NCBI GenBank assembly: GCA_050253075.1
Contig: JBFWJS010000001.1
Span: forward strand, 576,001 to 640,000
DNA: 64,000 nt
Reading direction: 5' to 3'
Source of the DNA: Deferribacterales bacterium
GTDB lineage: Bacteria; Chrysiogenota; Deferribacteres; Deferribacterales; Geovibrionaceae
Part shown: piece by piece, positions 19,151-28,635 of the stretch
How positions within the stretch are numbered: the stretch's first letter is position 1
Layout of the letters: each line of letters begins with the position of its first letter
The notes under the pieces: generated by a model
Told to the model about the DNA's origin: nothing
Seen by the model: only the letters and a program-made list of their open reading frames with translations
The model's database searches: none
Made by a program: the position numbers and the translations under genes

Positions 19151-19436
19151 TGCCTAGCTCCTGATTTATGTTTGTCTGTGCTGCCTGTAGCTTTGCTTTA
19201 CGGCGTGCATAAAGCATTGTTACCGCCTGACCTAGCTCCCACTGACCACCGACAGAACGGACGTATTTCCTGCTCTCCATTGTGACGAGGTAGTTCTTTG
19301 CTGAGGTGTATGTGATATCCATCTCGTCTGCTATTGCCTGTGTGCCCACAGGCTGTTTCTGCAGACTGAGCATGTCGAGGATATCCAGAGCCTTAGCCAC
19401 AGTGGATAATTCTGTGTATCCGCCCACTTTAGCCAT
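19143..19436 (-). CDS. IclR-type HTH DNA-binding protein
   Basis: STVAKALDILDML...IADEMDITYTSAKNYLVTMESRKYV. Confidence 0.8.
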   Translation of the reverse strand: MAKVGGYTELSTVAKALDILDMLSLQKQPVGTQAIADEMDITYTSAKNYLVTMESRKYVRSVGGQWELGQAVTMLYARRKAKLQAAQTNINQELGND

Positions 19437-19923
19437 TGTTCTGCTCCTGCATCTTCATCTGGAGTCTGCGCTTTCTGGCAGATTCTCTGACACTGTGGGC
19501 AGCGTTGATCAGCTCGTTTGCCTCACGCTCTATCTGCTCCAGTTCTTCTACGGTGTAGACTCCGTCCATGCGAGCCTCTGCATCTGCGCTTATGACATCG
19601 CTAGCTTCACGCATCATCTTTGCCACGTTTACCTGCAGGCTTTCCTGTGATGGTTTTTGCTCGGTATCCAGGACGACACGGCCGCCTATTTTGGATGCCA
19701 TCCAGTCCACCATTATTGTGTTGCCCAGACCTTCGCACAGTAGCGGGATGTTACGAGCTGATGGGTCGTATTCCGGATCAGTGAACATTCTTTGTAGCGT
19801 GCTGCTCGGTATGCCGGAGCTGATAGCCAGGTCTTTGAATGTGGCAGGGCTCATTGCTTTTGCGAATTCCTTTGCCTGCTGGAATGAGATTTCTCTCAGA
19901 TCAGGCATTCTGTTAAGTGTCAT
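19429..19923 (-). CDS. Phage regulatory CII-family protein
   Basis: N-terminal HTH and DGVYTVEELEQIEREA C-terminal motif. Follows the cro-like gene. Confidence 0.7.
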   Translation of the reverse strand: MTLNRMPDLREISFQQAKEFAKAMSPATFKDLAISSGIPSSTLQRMFTDPEYDPSARNIPLLCEGLGNTIMVDWMASKIGGRVVLDTEQKPSQESLQVNVAKMMREASDVISADAEARMDGVYTVEELEQIEREANELINAAHSVRESARKRRLQMKMQEQNNG

Positions 19924-19978
19924 ATTAGTTGTCTCCTATATTGTTCCTATCCCTGCAAATTACTAGGATTGAAAGAAT

Positions 19979-20007
19979 CCTCCCCATGTGCTTCAATCAT
20001 GGGGAGG
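19979..20007 (-). terminator. Hairpin downstream of cro-like gene (candidate attenuator/terminator)
   Basis: CCTCCCCATG-N9-CATGGGGAGG followed by ATTCTTT on the minus strand. Confidence 0.5.
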
Positions 20008-20047
20008 CAAACCCAGGAGTGTTTCAGGAGGGAAAGGGTATTATGTT

Positions 20048-20245
20048 TCATTTGATGCCGAGCAGTTCTTTGGCTGCTGCTTCGATGCGGTCTGAGTCTA
20101 TCTTGCCGTTAAAAAACTGGCTGACAGAAGCACCCGTTACTTCTGCTTTTTCGGCGATTTGTGTTTGTGTGATTTTTTTACGTCGGCGGATTTTGTCTAA
20201 TTCGTTACGTTTAGTGAGTTTTTCGATTGCTAGATCAATGTGCAT
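20048..20245 (-). CDS. Cro/Ner-like HTH regulator
   Basis: ITQTQIAEKAEVTGASVSQFFNG HTH, divergent from the repressor. Confidence 0.8.
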   Translation of the reverse strand: MHIDLAIEKLTKRNELDKIRRRKKITQTQIAEKAEVTGASVSQFFNGKIDSDRIEAAAKELLGIK

Positions 20246-20284
20246 TATGATAACCTCAAGTAGTTTTTAAGTAATAAGTAACTA

Positions 20285-20338
20285 AATAATACATCAAAAT
20301 GAGGTAATGTCAAATATTAACTTTATCATTTCGAGGTA
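20285..20338. promoter_or_regulatory. Lysis/lysogeny switch: leftward promoter and two candidate operators
   Basis: Minus-strand TTGACA (20313-20308)-N16-TATTAT. Related dyads TACATCAAAATGAGGTA (20290-20306) and TTTATCATTTCGAGGTA (20322-20338). Confidence 0.6.
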
Positions 20339-20359
20339 TTGTTTGCGGTGTAAATGTAA

Positions 20360-20785
20360 ATGTTTGGAGCACAACTGAAAAAGATAAGAAAAGAGTTAGA
20401 GCTTTCACAAACTCAATTTGGTGAACGACTTGGAAAAGGTTTGGCAACAATACAAAGATGGGAAGCACTAGAGGAACCGCCAAAGGATTCTATAATAAAT
20501 CTCATATGTAGTGTTTTTGGTATTAGTGAAACATGGTTGAAAACAGGCACAGGTAACATGTATGGCTCATATTCAAATAACCAAAGCATACAAAAGAATT
20601 ACGGAATACAGATACAAAATAATGGTAACATAACCCATTTTGGAACGCCTACAAACCCTATGACAGAGGGCGTTGAGAAAGACGTTAAGGAACTGTTTGA
20701 AATGATTTTAGAATATGGTACCCCAAAAATCATCAAACAGTTTAAGTCAAAAATGGAAGCTATTAAAAAACTTCATGAGGAGTAG
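20360..20785 (+). CDS. XRE-family prophage repressor
   Basis: LKKIRKELELSQTQFGERLG...WLKTGTGNM HTH. No S24 peptidase domain evident. Confidence 0.85.
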   Translation: MFGAQLKKIRKELELSQTQFGERLGKGLATIQRWEALEEPPKDSIINLICSVFGISETWLKTGTGNMYGSYSNNQSIQKNYGIQIQNNGNITHFGTPTNPMTEGVEKDVKELFEMILEYGTPKIIKQFKSKMEAIKKLHEE

Positions 20786-20790
20786 AACCA

Positions 20791-21852
20791 ATGGATACAA
20801 TATATGGAATTATCTTTTGGGCAATAATTATCTATTATTTTTATAACCGAAGAAAAAAGAAAAAGATGTCTGAAAATGTAAATGTTAAAACACCTGTCAG
20901 AAAGGAAAACTCTGAGAATAATATAGTTCATCAGGTGGATAATATAGATGGGGTGGTAGTACAGAAGACGAGGATGCCAGAAGATATTGCACACTTACTT
21001 TGGTTCTCTAATGGTAAATATAAGAATTATGATCCTGACTCTGTTGGGAACACTATCGATACAGGTCTTGGTATTTCTTTTAAAGCATACATGAATACAG
21101 ATATAGAACCGAGTCTGATAGACATTACACTTCCAATAAAGAAGCCGCATGACCTCATGTTTGTTGAAGCATTAGGCTATTGGCCAAGATATGAAAACCT
21201 TAACCCTGAGCAAAGATGGGTTTACCTTAGCTGGCTTCAGAATATTGAAATTTCAGTTGATATAGGCTATGTATTTTTATTTTATTACGGTCTTGAAAGA
21301 CATCTGTTCTTAGGAGATATAGACGCAGCATTTGATATGATACTACGGCTGAATGCTAATCATAATAATAATTCATTCCATAGCTACTCAACCAATGCTT
21401 TGCTTGGCGCAATACTATATCACAAGCGTTCTGATCTGCTTGAAAAGTTTCTGCTCAGTACATCAAATTTCGTTATTTCAGAGCTTTACTTATTCGTTAA
21501 GCTTTTATTAGATAAACCACTTCTCGCAGAAGAAATAATAGCATTGTCAAGCAAAGTGGGCTTTACGAATAAAAGATATATAAAATCTGACTATGAATTA
21601 TTTATAAAAATATTAAAGAAAGAGATTCTGGAGCAAACTGGATCTGAGAATTTATCTTGGCAGAATTTAGATATTGATCAATGCCCAATGATAAAAACAA
21701 CACTTACTGCTAACCAGTCGATATCTCCACGTGAGATATCAATACCAGATGTTATGCAAGATTATAGATATAAAACATTAGTAAATAAGTTATTAAAATC
21801 TACGCATGAAAAAGTGAAAGTTGAATTGAGAGAGCTTAGAAAAAAGGTGTGA
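20791..21852 (+). CDS. TerB N-terminal-domain protein with N-terminal membrane anchor (AT-rich cargo)
   Basis: YWPRYENLNPEQRWVYLSWL...DIGYVFLFYYGLER motif. Confidence 0.8.
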   Translation: MDTIYGIIFWAIIIYYFYNRRKKKKMSENVNVKTPVRKENSENNIVHQVDNIDGVVVQKTRMPEDIAHLLWFSNGKYKNYDPDSVGNTIDTGLGISFKAYMNTDIEPSLIDITLPIKKPHDLMFVEALGYWPRYENLNPEQRWVYLSWLQNIEISVDIGYVFLFYYGLERHLFLGDIDAAFDMILRLNANHNNNSFHSYSTNALLGAILYHKRSDLLEKFLLSTSNFVISELYLFVKLLLDKPLLAEEIIALSSKVGFTNKRYIKSDYELFIKILKKEILEQTGSENLSWQNLDIDQCPMIKTTLTANQSISPREISIPDVMQDYRYKTLVNKLLKSTHEKVKVELRELRKKV

Positions 21853-22094
21853 GCTCTCATGTGTTGACACCTATCTTATATCTGTATATTCTGAGACACT
21901 CCAAACATAAACCCCTTAACTTATTATAATTTCTTCAAACTCCCCGTAGTGTAATAATCAACCATATTGCCTAATGTGACTCTTAAGCCAATCGGAATTT
22001 GCCATCCGTGGAAATTCCGACATGCGCTCGCACCACACAAGTGTGGTTTCGCTGCGCACGGCGAAACAGCATCATGCTGTTTTAGGAGACACAC

Positions 22095-22559
22095 ATGGCA
22101 AGACTTTCAAACATAATCATACACTGCAGCGACAGCACATTTGGCTCTGCTGCTATTATACGTCAATGGCATCTGCAACGTGGCTGGAGAGACATCGGCT
22201 ATCACTTTGTGATCTGTAACGGCAAGATCGCACCTGATCTCTTTATTCCTGAGATGGACGGTAGTATCGAAACCGGCAGACCGCTGGACGGCGATCACTT
22301 CATCACTGGTGATGAAGTGGGCGCACATGCGCTTGGGTATAACTCTAACTCTATCGGCATCTGCAATATCGGTGTCAGATCATTTTCTCTTAATCAAATG
22401 GCATCTCTGCATGACCTGCTTTTCAGGCTCATGGACAAATTCGACATACCTATAGAAAACATTCTCGGACATTACGAGACAGCGCAGGCACACGGCAAAA
22501 CATGCCCGAACTTTGATGTCTCTGAGCTCCGTGAGTTTATGAAATCATACAGACCGTAG
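22095..22559 (+). CDS. Endolysin, N-acetylmuramoyl-L-alanine amidase (T7 lysozyme-like)
   Basis: IIIHCS, GWRDIGYHFVI, GAHALGYNSNSIGIC, GH...KTCPNFDV motifs. Confidence 0.93.
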   Translation: MARLSNIIIHCSDSTFGSAAIIRQWHLQRGWRDIGYHFVICNGKIAPDLFIPEMDGSIETGRPLDGDHFITGDEVGAHALGYNSNSIGICNIGVRSFSLNQMASLHDLLFRLMDKFDIPIENILGHYETAQAHGKTCPNFDVSELREFMKSYRP

Positions 22560-22568
22560 GAGGTATTG

Positions 22569-22997
22569 ATGAAGATATTAAGATCTATTTTTCTCGTCCT
22601 GCTGCTTGCTTTTGCGGCGGTGGGCTGTACGGCTGACCCTGTGGTGGCAGACTCTGTGGGCAATATCCTGAGCGGATATGTATTCCCTGCGCTGGCATCT
22701 CTGGGCGGTGTCTTGGCACTGATGGCTATGCAGCAGTTCCAAAAGAAGACGGGCATACAGCTGAAGAAAGAGCAGATGCAGTATGTGCAGAACATGGCAG
22801 AGGAAGCTGTGCTCTATGTGACGGAGATAGCGGCCCAGAAGGCTAAGTATTCTGTCAAGCTCCACGCTGGCGAAAAGAAACAGATGGCTATGACAAAGCT
22901 GGTATCTGCTGTACCAACGCTGTCTAAGACAGAGGCAGACGAAGCTATACACGCTGCACTGGCACGCATAGGCGAAGGAGCATCGGCAGTATCATGA
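22569..22997 (+). CDS. Holin-like membrane protein with putative lipoprotein signal
   Basis: LLLAFAAVG-C lipobox-like sequence, second hydrophobic helix, AEEAVLYV.E and GEKK..A motifs resembling LL-H-type holins. Confidence 0.55.
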   Translation: MKILRSIFLVLLLAFAAVGCTADPVVADSVGNILSGYVFPALASLGGVLALMAMQQFQKKTGIQLKKEQMQYVQNMAEEAVLYVTEIAAQKAKYSVKLHAGEKKQMAMTKLVSAVPTLSKTEADEAIHAALARIGEGASAVS

Positions 22998-23119
22998 CAC
23001 TGCTAGCGATTGTTCAGCTGGTGTCGGCAGTGCTGCCACTGGCTATGAAAGGGATAAGATCCGTGCAGGCTAAACGCAAGTCTGCACGGGTGATACGTGA
23101 GATCAGGGGTGAGGTATGA
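22994..23119 (+). CDS. 41-aa cationic amphipathic peptide (not in ORF track)
   Basis: MTLLAIVQLVSAVLPLAMKGIRSVQAKRKSARVIREIRGEV, with ATGA overlaps at both ends. Confidence 0.7.
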   Translation: MTLLAIVQLVSAVLPLAMKGIRSVQAKRKSARVIREIRGEV

Positions 23120-23478
23120 CACCGGAACAGATAGCTGCTTTTTCCGCCATTGCTACACTTCTGGAAAGAATAGGTACATGGCCAGTGGGTACATTGATTG
23201 TTGTGATGCTTATTTCACCCTGGGCGATTCTGGTCTGGGTGACTATTACCCAGCGTAAGCAGCTGGACGAGTTTGTAAAATCTGCAAACACACAGTCAGC
23301 GCAGTTTAAACAGATGTATGAGAACAATGCAGAGCTTGTGAAAGGCTTTCTGCGTCTGAGCACTGACCTGCACGACACCGTGGTCCTGAACATAAGGGAG
23401 CTGACAGAGATGAAAGACATAGCAAAGAATAACCAAATCTGCCCACTGGTGCGTGAGCAAGGGAGAATGAAGCCATGA
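23116..23478 (+). CDS. Phage membrane protein
   Basis: One TM helix followed by coiled coil, GAGGT RBS. Confidence 0.7.
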   Translation: MTPEQIAAFSAIATLLERIGTWPVGTLIVVMLISPWAILVWVTITQRKQLDEFVKSANTQSAQFKQMYENNAELVKGFLRLSTDLHDTVVLNIRELTEMKDIAKNNQICPLVREQGRMKP

Positions 23479-23723
23479 GCAGTAATAGACTGATCATGCA
23501 GGGGAAGCTGCAGGAGCTGAAAGAACAGCGCAGAAAGCTGACTCTGCGGGCTGACAGCCTTATGGAGTCTATCACTGCTGACCTGACTCTGTATGAGGTG
23601 ACGAAGCTGGTTGATATAGATACTGAACGTGTGAGGGTGCTAAGCACTGAGCTGGACGAGATCAAGCAAGAAGTGCTGGAGCTGGACACACATATACAAA
23701 AGCTGAGGGATGAACTTGGGTGA
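23475..23723 (+). CDS. Phage coiled-coil protein
   Basis: 82 aa, coupled to neighbours, upstream of the small terminase. Confidence 0.7.
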   Translation: MSSNRLIMQGKLQELKEQRRKLTLRADSLMESITADLTLYEVTKLVDIDTERVRVLSTELDEIKQEVLELDTHIQKLRDELG

Positions 23724-24240
23724 GCATAGCAAACGCCGCAGCAGCATAGAGAGCGAGCTGCCCGAAAACATCCGCAAGGAACTGCGGCGCCGACTGGTGG
23801 AAGATAACGAGACCTATGACGATATCACCGCATGGCTGAACGCTGAAGGGTATGACATAAGCCGCTCTGCTGTGGGACGATACGGTAAAACCTTCTTTGA
23901 CATTGTTAAAGATATGAAGGTGATAGAAGAGCAGTCCGCAACGCTGGTGGGTGATGAGGCAAGCAGCATGGTTCTGGAGGAAGCAACGACTAAGCTGATC
24001 CTGAACAAGCTGATGCAGATGCTGATGACAGATGATGTGGATCTGAAGAAAAGCACAAGGATCATGACCGACCTGGCGAACCTGCAGAAGTCGAACGTGA
24101 GCAGGGAAAAGCTGAAGATAGAGATCAGAGACAGAGCGAAGGCTGTCGCTGAAAAAGTGGCAGGAATAGCTAAGAAGAAAGGTCTGACACCGGACACAGT
24201 TGCGAGGATCAAGAAAGAGATCCTGGGCATTAGTAAATAA
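23710..24240 (+). CDS. Mu gp27/DUF3486-like putative small terminase
   Basis: RRSSIESELP...GYDISRSAVGRYG motif. Confidence 0.85.
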   Translation: MNLGEHSKRRSSIESELPENIRKELRRRLVEDNETYDDITAWLNAEGYDISRSAVGRYGKTFFDIVKDMKVIEEQSATLVGDEASSMVLEEATTKLILNKLMQMLMTDDVDLKKSTRIMTDLANLQKSNVSREKLKIEIRDRAKAVAEKVAGIAKKKGLTPDTVARIKKEILGISK

Positions 24241-24253
24241 CACAGGGAAATCC

Positions 24254-25771
24254 ATGAAAGCAGTTATGGCTGAAAGCACTGACAAACACATAAAGCCGAT
24301 ACAGACAGTTACCGCAAGTAACGGTGATGATATCCGCATCCTTCTGAAATATCAGGCTGACTGGTGTGCTGATCTGGCTGATGTGAAGTTTCTGGAAAAG
24401 TCCAGACGTATCGGCGGGACATTCGGAGAGATACTGGATGACTGTCTGACTGCTGCCGGAGAGATCGGAGACGATATCTGGTACATCGGATACAACAAAG
24501 AGATGGCGCAAGAGTTCATACGTGCGGCAGCTGAGTTTGTCCGTGTGCTGCACAATGAGCTGGTTGATATAGATGAAGAGATAATAGAAGACGAAAACAA
24601 AGATATCCTGACCTATGTGATCAAGCTGGCTAGTGGACACAGAGTGTCTGCTCTGTCCTCTGCTCCGTCTAACCTGAGAGGTAAGCAAGGGATCATCGTA
24701 ATAGATGAAGCTGCTTTCCATGAAGACCTCGAAGAGGTGCTGAAGGCTGCCCTGGCTATGCTGATCTGGGGCGGAAAGGTCAGAGTCATCAGCACCCATA
24801 ACGGTATAGACAACACCTTTGCAATATACATCAAAGATATCAAAGAAGGCAGGCTGCCATATAGCCTGCACACAGTAACATTCAGAGATGCTATCGCTGA
24901 TGGGCTCTATAAACGTATCTGTCTGGTGAGCGGAAAGGAATACTCACCGGAAGCGGAAGATGCGTTTGTAGAATCTATCTATCAACAATACGGCGAAGCG
25001 GCGGATGAAGAGCTGGACTGTATACCTAAGAAGTCCGGCAAGAGCTACTTCAACAGTGCTGTTGTGGAAAACAACCTGGATAAGGGCATCCCTTATCTGG
25101 AATTTGGGAAGCCTGACGAATGGAAGCTGCTTGACCCTGATGTCCGCAGAGCTGAGATCACTGAGTGGTGTGAGGAAAATCTGACTCCGCTGCTGGAGAT
25201 GTACGACAAGGAGACAGTGTGGTTCGGAGAGGACTTCGCACGTAATGGTGATGCAACTATCTTTGACCCTTGCTTCGATGATGGAGACAACTTTACAAGC
25301 ATGTTCCTGCTGGAGCTTCGCAATATCCCGTTCGCAGATCAGGAGACATTTCTCTTCTTTATCCTTGACCGTGTAAACCTCGGCGGGGCTGCACTGGACG
25401 CTACAGGTAACGGTGCCCAGATAGCAGAGAACACTGCACTGCGCTATGGAGTAGACCGTGTGCATGAGATCAAGCTGAATCAAAAGTGGTATCAGGAAAA
25501 TGTGCCACGCTATAAGACACGCCTGGAAGACGGCACTATACGCATGGCTGACAATCAGGCTGTGCGTGATGACCACAGGGTGTGGGTGTCGGCGAATGGT
25601 GTGCCGACTATCGGTAAGAGAATCAACTCAAAAGGTAAGAAACACCACGGCGATATCGTCATAGCAAAGGTTATGGCTGTGTATGCCAGAAACAATATAG
25701 AGGTGCTGGAGACAGAAGTGATGTCTGCAGCAAAGAGAGAAGGATACAGGGAGGCCGCCTATTATGGCTGA
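24254..25771 (+). CDS. Terminase large subunit (Mu gp28-like)
   Basis: EKSRRIGGT, NLRGKQG, IDEAAFH, ISTHNG, GEDFAR.GD, HGD motifs. Confidence 0.93.
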   Translation: MKAVMAESTDKHIKPIQTVTASNGDDIRILLKYQADWCADLADVKFLEKSRRIGGTFGEILDDCLTAAGEIGDDIWYIGYNKEMAQEFIRAAAEFVRVLHNELVDIDEEIIEDENKDILTYVIKLASGHRVSALSSAPSNLRGKQGIIVIDEAAFHEDLEEVLKAALAMLIWGGKVRVISTHNGIDNTFAIYIKDIKEGRLPYSLHTVTFRDAIADGLYKRICLVSGKEYSPEAEDAFVESIYQQYGEAADEELDCIPKKSGKSYFNSAVVENNLDKGIPYLEFGKPDEWKLLDPDVRRAEITEWCEENLTPLLEMYDKETVWFGEDFARNGDATIFDPCFDDGDNFTSMFLLELRNIPFADQETFLFFILDRVNLGGAALDATGNGAQIAENTALRYGVDRVHEIKLNQKWYQENVPRYKTRLEDGTIRMADNQAVRDDHRVWVSANGVPTIGKRINSKGKKHHGDIVIAKVMAVYARNNIEVLETEVMSAAKREGYREAAYYG

Positions 25772-27275
25772 TGGAATATATACGGCAGATGGCAGATGGA
25801 TGGACTTTAGCGACAGTTCGCAGATGCTGGACGAGGTGGCGACAAGGGCAACCAGAGGTGAGGTATTTAACTGGCTGGGAACTCTGGCAGATCCTGATCC
25901 TATCCTGCGTAAGCTGTTTCAGGGGGATGAGGTATTCGATGACCTGATGAGCGATGACGAGGTCATAACAGCCACCCAGGGGCGCAAGCTCGGATCGCTG
26001 GGTATGGAGTATGAGTTTCGTGCTGGAGCATTAAAAGATGAGGAAGCAACAGATGAAGCCAATAGGACTTACACAATGCTGGCTCAGGATCTGGAGAATA
26101 TAGATATATACAACCTGATAGCTCAGATGCTGGATACGCCTTTTTACGGTTTTGTACCTGTGGAGCTGCTCTGGAAGATGGAGAATGGATACTGGAGGCT
26201 GAAGGATCTGTGTCCACGGCCGACCAGCTGGTTTGCTTTCGATGATAAGAATCAGCCCCGATTCATGACTCTGGACAGCGGCATGAACGGTAAGCCGCTG
26301 CCAAAAAATAAGTTCGTCCTTGTGAGACATTTCCCGACATATAAGAACCCATACGGACTGCGCCTGCTATCAAGATGTTTCTGGCCTGTTGCGCTGAAGC
26401 GTGGCGGGCGAAAATTCTGGGGGATATTCGCAGAGCGTTTCGGTATGCCCTGGGTGATCGGCAAATATGCCAAAGGCACACAATACGCTGATAAGCGTGA
26501 GATGCTGTCTAACCTGACAAACATGGTGCAGGACGCAGTGGCTATCATCCCGCAGGGTGGCGGAGTGGAGCTCCTGAGTAATAACGGATCTGGCGGTCAG
26601 GTACACCAGAAGCTGATAGAGCACATGGACGCTGCCATTAGTAAAGTGCTGCAAGGGCAGACTCTGACCAGCTCAGTATCAAAAGATGGTGCTGCATACT
26701 CTGCAGGCAAGGTGCACGCATCAACACTGGCATCTTATCAGGCCGCAGACCGAAAGCTGGTAAAGGCAGCGATGGAAGAGATAGCCTGGATATACACCAA
26801 GGTAAATGCAGCTGCTGGCGTGATCAGTCCTAGCTTCCACTGGCCTGAAGATGAGGCTGAAGAGCAGGAAGATACAGCAGGCAGAGATACACGACTTACA
26901 CAGCAGGGTGTCAGGTTCACTAAGAAGTATTACATGAAACAATACAACCTGGAAGAAGACGACCTGGATGTTGATACCGGTTCTGACAGAGGGAGTGACG
27001 GGCTTATGTTTGCTGACAGTAAGAATAAAAAGTTTACACCGGAGCAACAGGCAATAGAAGACCTGGTGACTGAAGCTGTGGGTAAAGCATCTATGAAAAA
27101 CATAGAGCAGGCAGTGCGTAAAGCAGTAGATGAAAGCTCAGACTATGAGGAGCTGATGGAACGCCTGGCTGCACTTTTACCTGATTTGAATAATGAGGAC
27201 ATGCAGGATGTTCTGGAGAGAGCTGCTGTTATCTCTGCAGGATATGGCACCACTATAGAAGACGAACGGGAATAA
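25764..27275 (+). CDS. Portal protein (Mu gp29/DUF935-like)
   Basis: NPYGLRLL, FAERFGMP, ISKVLQGQTLT motifs. Confidence 0.92.
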   Translation: MADGIYTADGRWMDFSDSSQMLDEVATRATRGEVFNWLGTLADPDPILRKLFQGDEVFDDLMSDDEVITATQGRKLGSLGMEYEFRAGALKDEEATDEANRTYTMLAQDLENIDIYNLIAQMLDTPFYGFVPVELLWKMENGYWRLKDLCPRPTSWFAFDDKNQPRFMTLDSGMNGKPLPKNKFVLVRHFPTYKNPYGLRLLSRCFWPVALKRGGRKFWGIFAERFGMPWVIGKYAKGTQYADKREMLSNLTNMVQDAVAIIPQGGGVELLSNNGSGGQVHQKLIEHMDAAISKVLQGQTLTSSVSKDGAAYSAGKVHASTLASYQAADRKLVKAAMEEIAWIYTKVNAAAGVISPSFHWPEDEAEEQEDTAGRDTRLTQQGVRFTKKYYMKQYNLEEDDLDVDTGSDRGSDGLMFADSKNKKFTPEQQAIEDLVTEAVGKASMKNIEQAVRKAVDESSDYEELMERLAALLPDLNNEDMQDVLERAAVISAGYGTTIEDERE

Positions 27276-27387
27276 GGCGTTTTAACGCATTAAATATATG
27301 AAACAGCCGAATGTGCGTATTTAGCACAAACGGCCGGATAAGGGCATTTATAAACGTTTTTAAACGCATATATAAGCGAGGTTTCGA

Positions 27388-28635
27388 GTGAGCAGTATTG
27401 AGCTGATGGAATTAAAAGAAGCTGTTGAGTTCTGGGGAGGTAAAACGCCCCTGCCTGTGGATGAGTTTAAGGCTCTGACAGAGGTGGAGAGGCAGCGTGC
27501 TTTTACTGTGTCTGGTATATCCAGCCAGGATGCCCTGGCATCTATCTATCAGCAGATAGGTAGTGCTGTGAAAGACGGCCTCAGCTATGAAGATTTTAAA
27601 AACAGTGATGTATGGGAAAAGACAGGCTTTCAGGATAAGGGCTACAGGATAGACAATATCTTCCGCACTAACATGCAGAGTTCGCTGATGGCTGGCAGAT
27701 ATGCAAGCCTGCGTAAGTCGAAGCTGAAGGAATACTGGATGTATTCTGCTGTGAATGATAGCAGGACACGCCCCGCTCATACTGCACTGCACGGCAAAGT
27801 GTATCACAGAGACCATGCCTTTTGGATCACATGGTTTCCCGTTAACGGGTATCGCTGCCGCTGTGGAGTGCGTGCGTATTCTGCTGCTCAGGTGAAACGC
27901 ATGGAGCTGCATGTTGAACAGGATGATCTGACAGGTCAGGTGATAGATGTTGTGCATCCGGAGACCGGAGAAGTTTCAAAAGTGAAGCTGATACCTGATG
28001 CCGGCTTTGCAGGAAATCCTGCTGAAGGACTTGCACAGCTTTCACCAAGTGAAGCCACAGATATAAAAGACCTGACAGACAGAGCCAGATGCAGAAAAGA
28101 CTTTGCAGATGACTGCCGTATACCGTTGAAAGACATAGACCCGAAATACATCATAGATGTGAAAGACACAGACATAATGCCAAAGGGGCTGAAGCCTGAA
28201 GAGTATGCCGAGGCATTCCTGAATGAGTTTAACCTGAAGATGGAAGGGAGCGCAGTGATAACTGTACCAGGGATGAGGCTACCCTTTGTGATCAGTAAGA
28301 CGCTGTTTATAGATAAGCAGACAGGGCTGTGGAAGATAGAGAAGTCCGGCCGTGAGCAGTATATGAAACCTCTGGCCTGGACAATCCAGAATCCTTTTGA
28401 GGTTTGGTCTGTACCTGCGGAGGTTGCAAACAAACCTATGGCTGTGGCACGGCTGTTGAAGCTCTTTAAAACTTCGGCAGGACAGATCGGCGGCTTTGGT
28501 GTGTTTAACCTGGCAGGCAGCAGATATCTGCCGGCGACAGTCTTTGCACCGAATGCAGAGAAAGGCAGTGTTGAAAAAGTGCTGAAGTATCTGGAAAAGC
28601 AGAGAGTCGGAGTTTTGTCCTATAGGCAAAAGTAA
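27388..28635 (+). CDS. MuF head morphogenesis protein with C-terminal PBECR-like nuclease extension
   Basis: AFTVSG, IFRTNMQS, YSAVNDSRTRP.H, PVNGYRCRC (MuF). C-terminal REQYMKPLAWTIQNPFEVW...YLEKQRVG.L.Y resembles PBECR2. Confidence 0.85.
   Translation: MSSIELMELKEAVEFWGGKTPLPVDEFKALTEVERQRAFTVSGISSQDALASIYQQIGSAVKDGLSYEDFKNSDVWEKTGFQDKGYRIDNIFRTNMQSSLMAGRYASLRKSKLKEYWMYSAVNDSRTRPAHTALHGKVYHRDHAFWITWFPVNGYRCRCGVRAYSAAQVKRMELHVEQDDLTGQVIDVVHPETGEVSKVKLIPDAGFAGNPAEGLAQLSPSEATDIKDLTDRARCRKDFADDCRIPLKDIDPKYIIDVKDTDIMPKGLKPEEYAEAFLNEFNLKMEGSAVITVPGMRLPFVISKTLFIDKQTGLWKIEKSGREQYMKPLAWTIQNPFEVWSVPAEVANKPMAVARLLKLFKTSAGQIGGFGVFNLAGSRYLPATVFAPNAEKGSVEKVLKYLEKQRVGVLSYRQK

Noticed and set aside
21900..21909. 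CTCCAAACAT complementary to the repressor start ATGTTTGGAG (20360-20369)
   Set aside because: Only 10 nt and it does not extend, so it is too weak to claim antisense control.
24200..24253. TTG-started N-terminal extension of terminase overlapping the small terminase
   Set aside because: ATG 24254 has a plausible RBS and no slippery site is evident.
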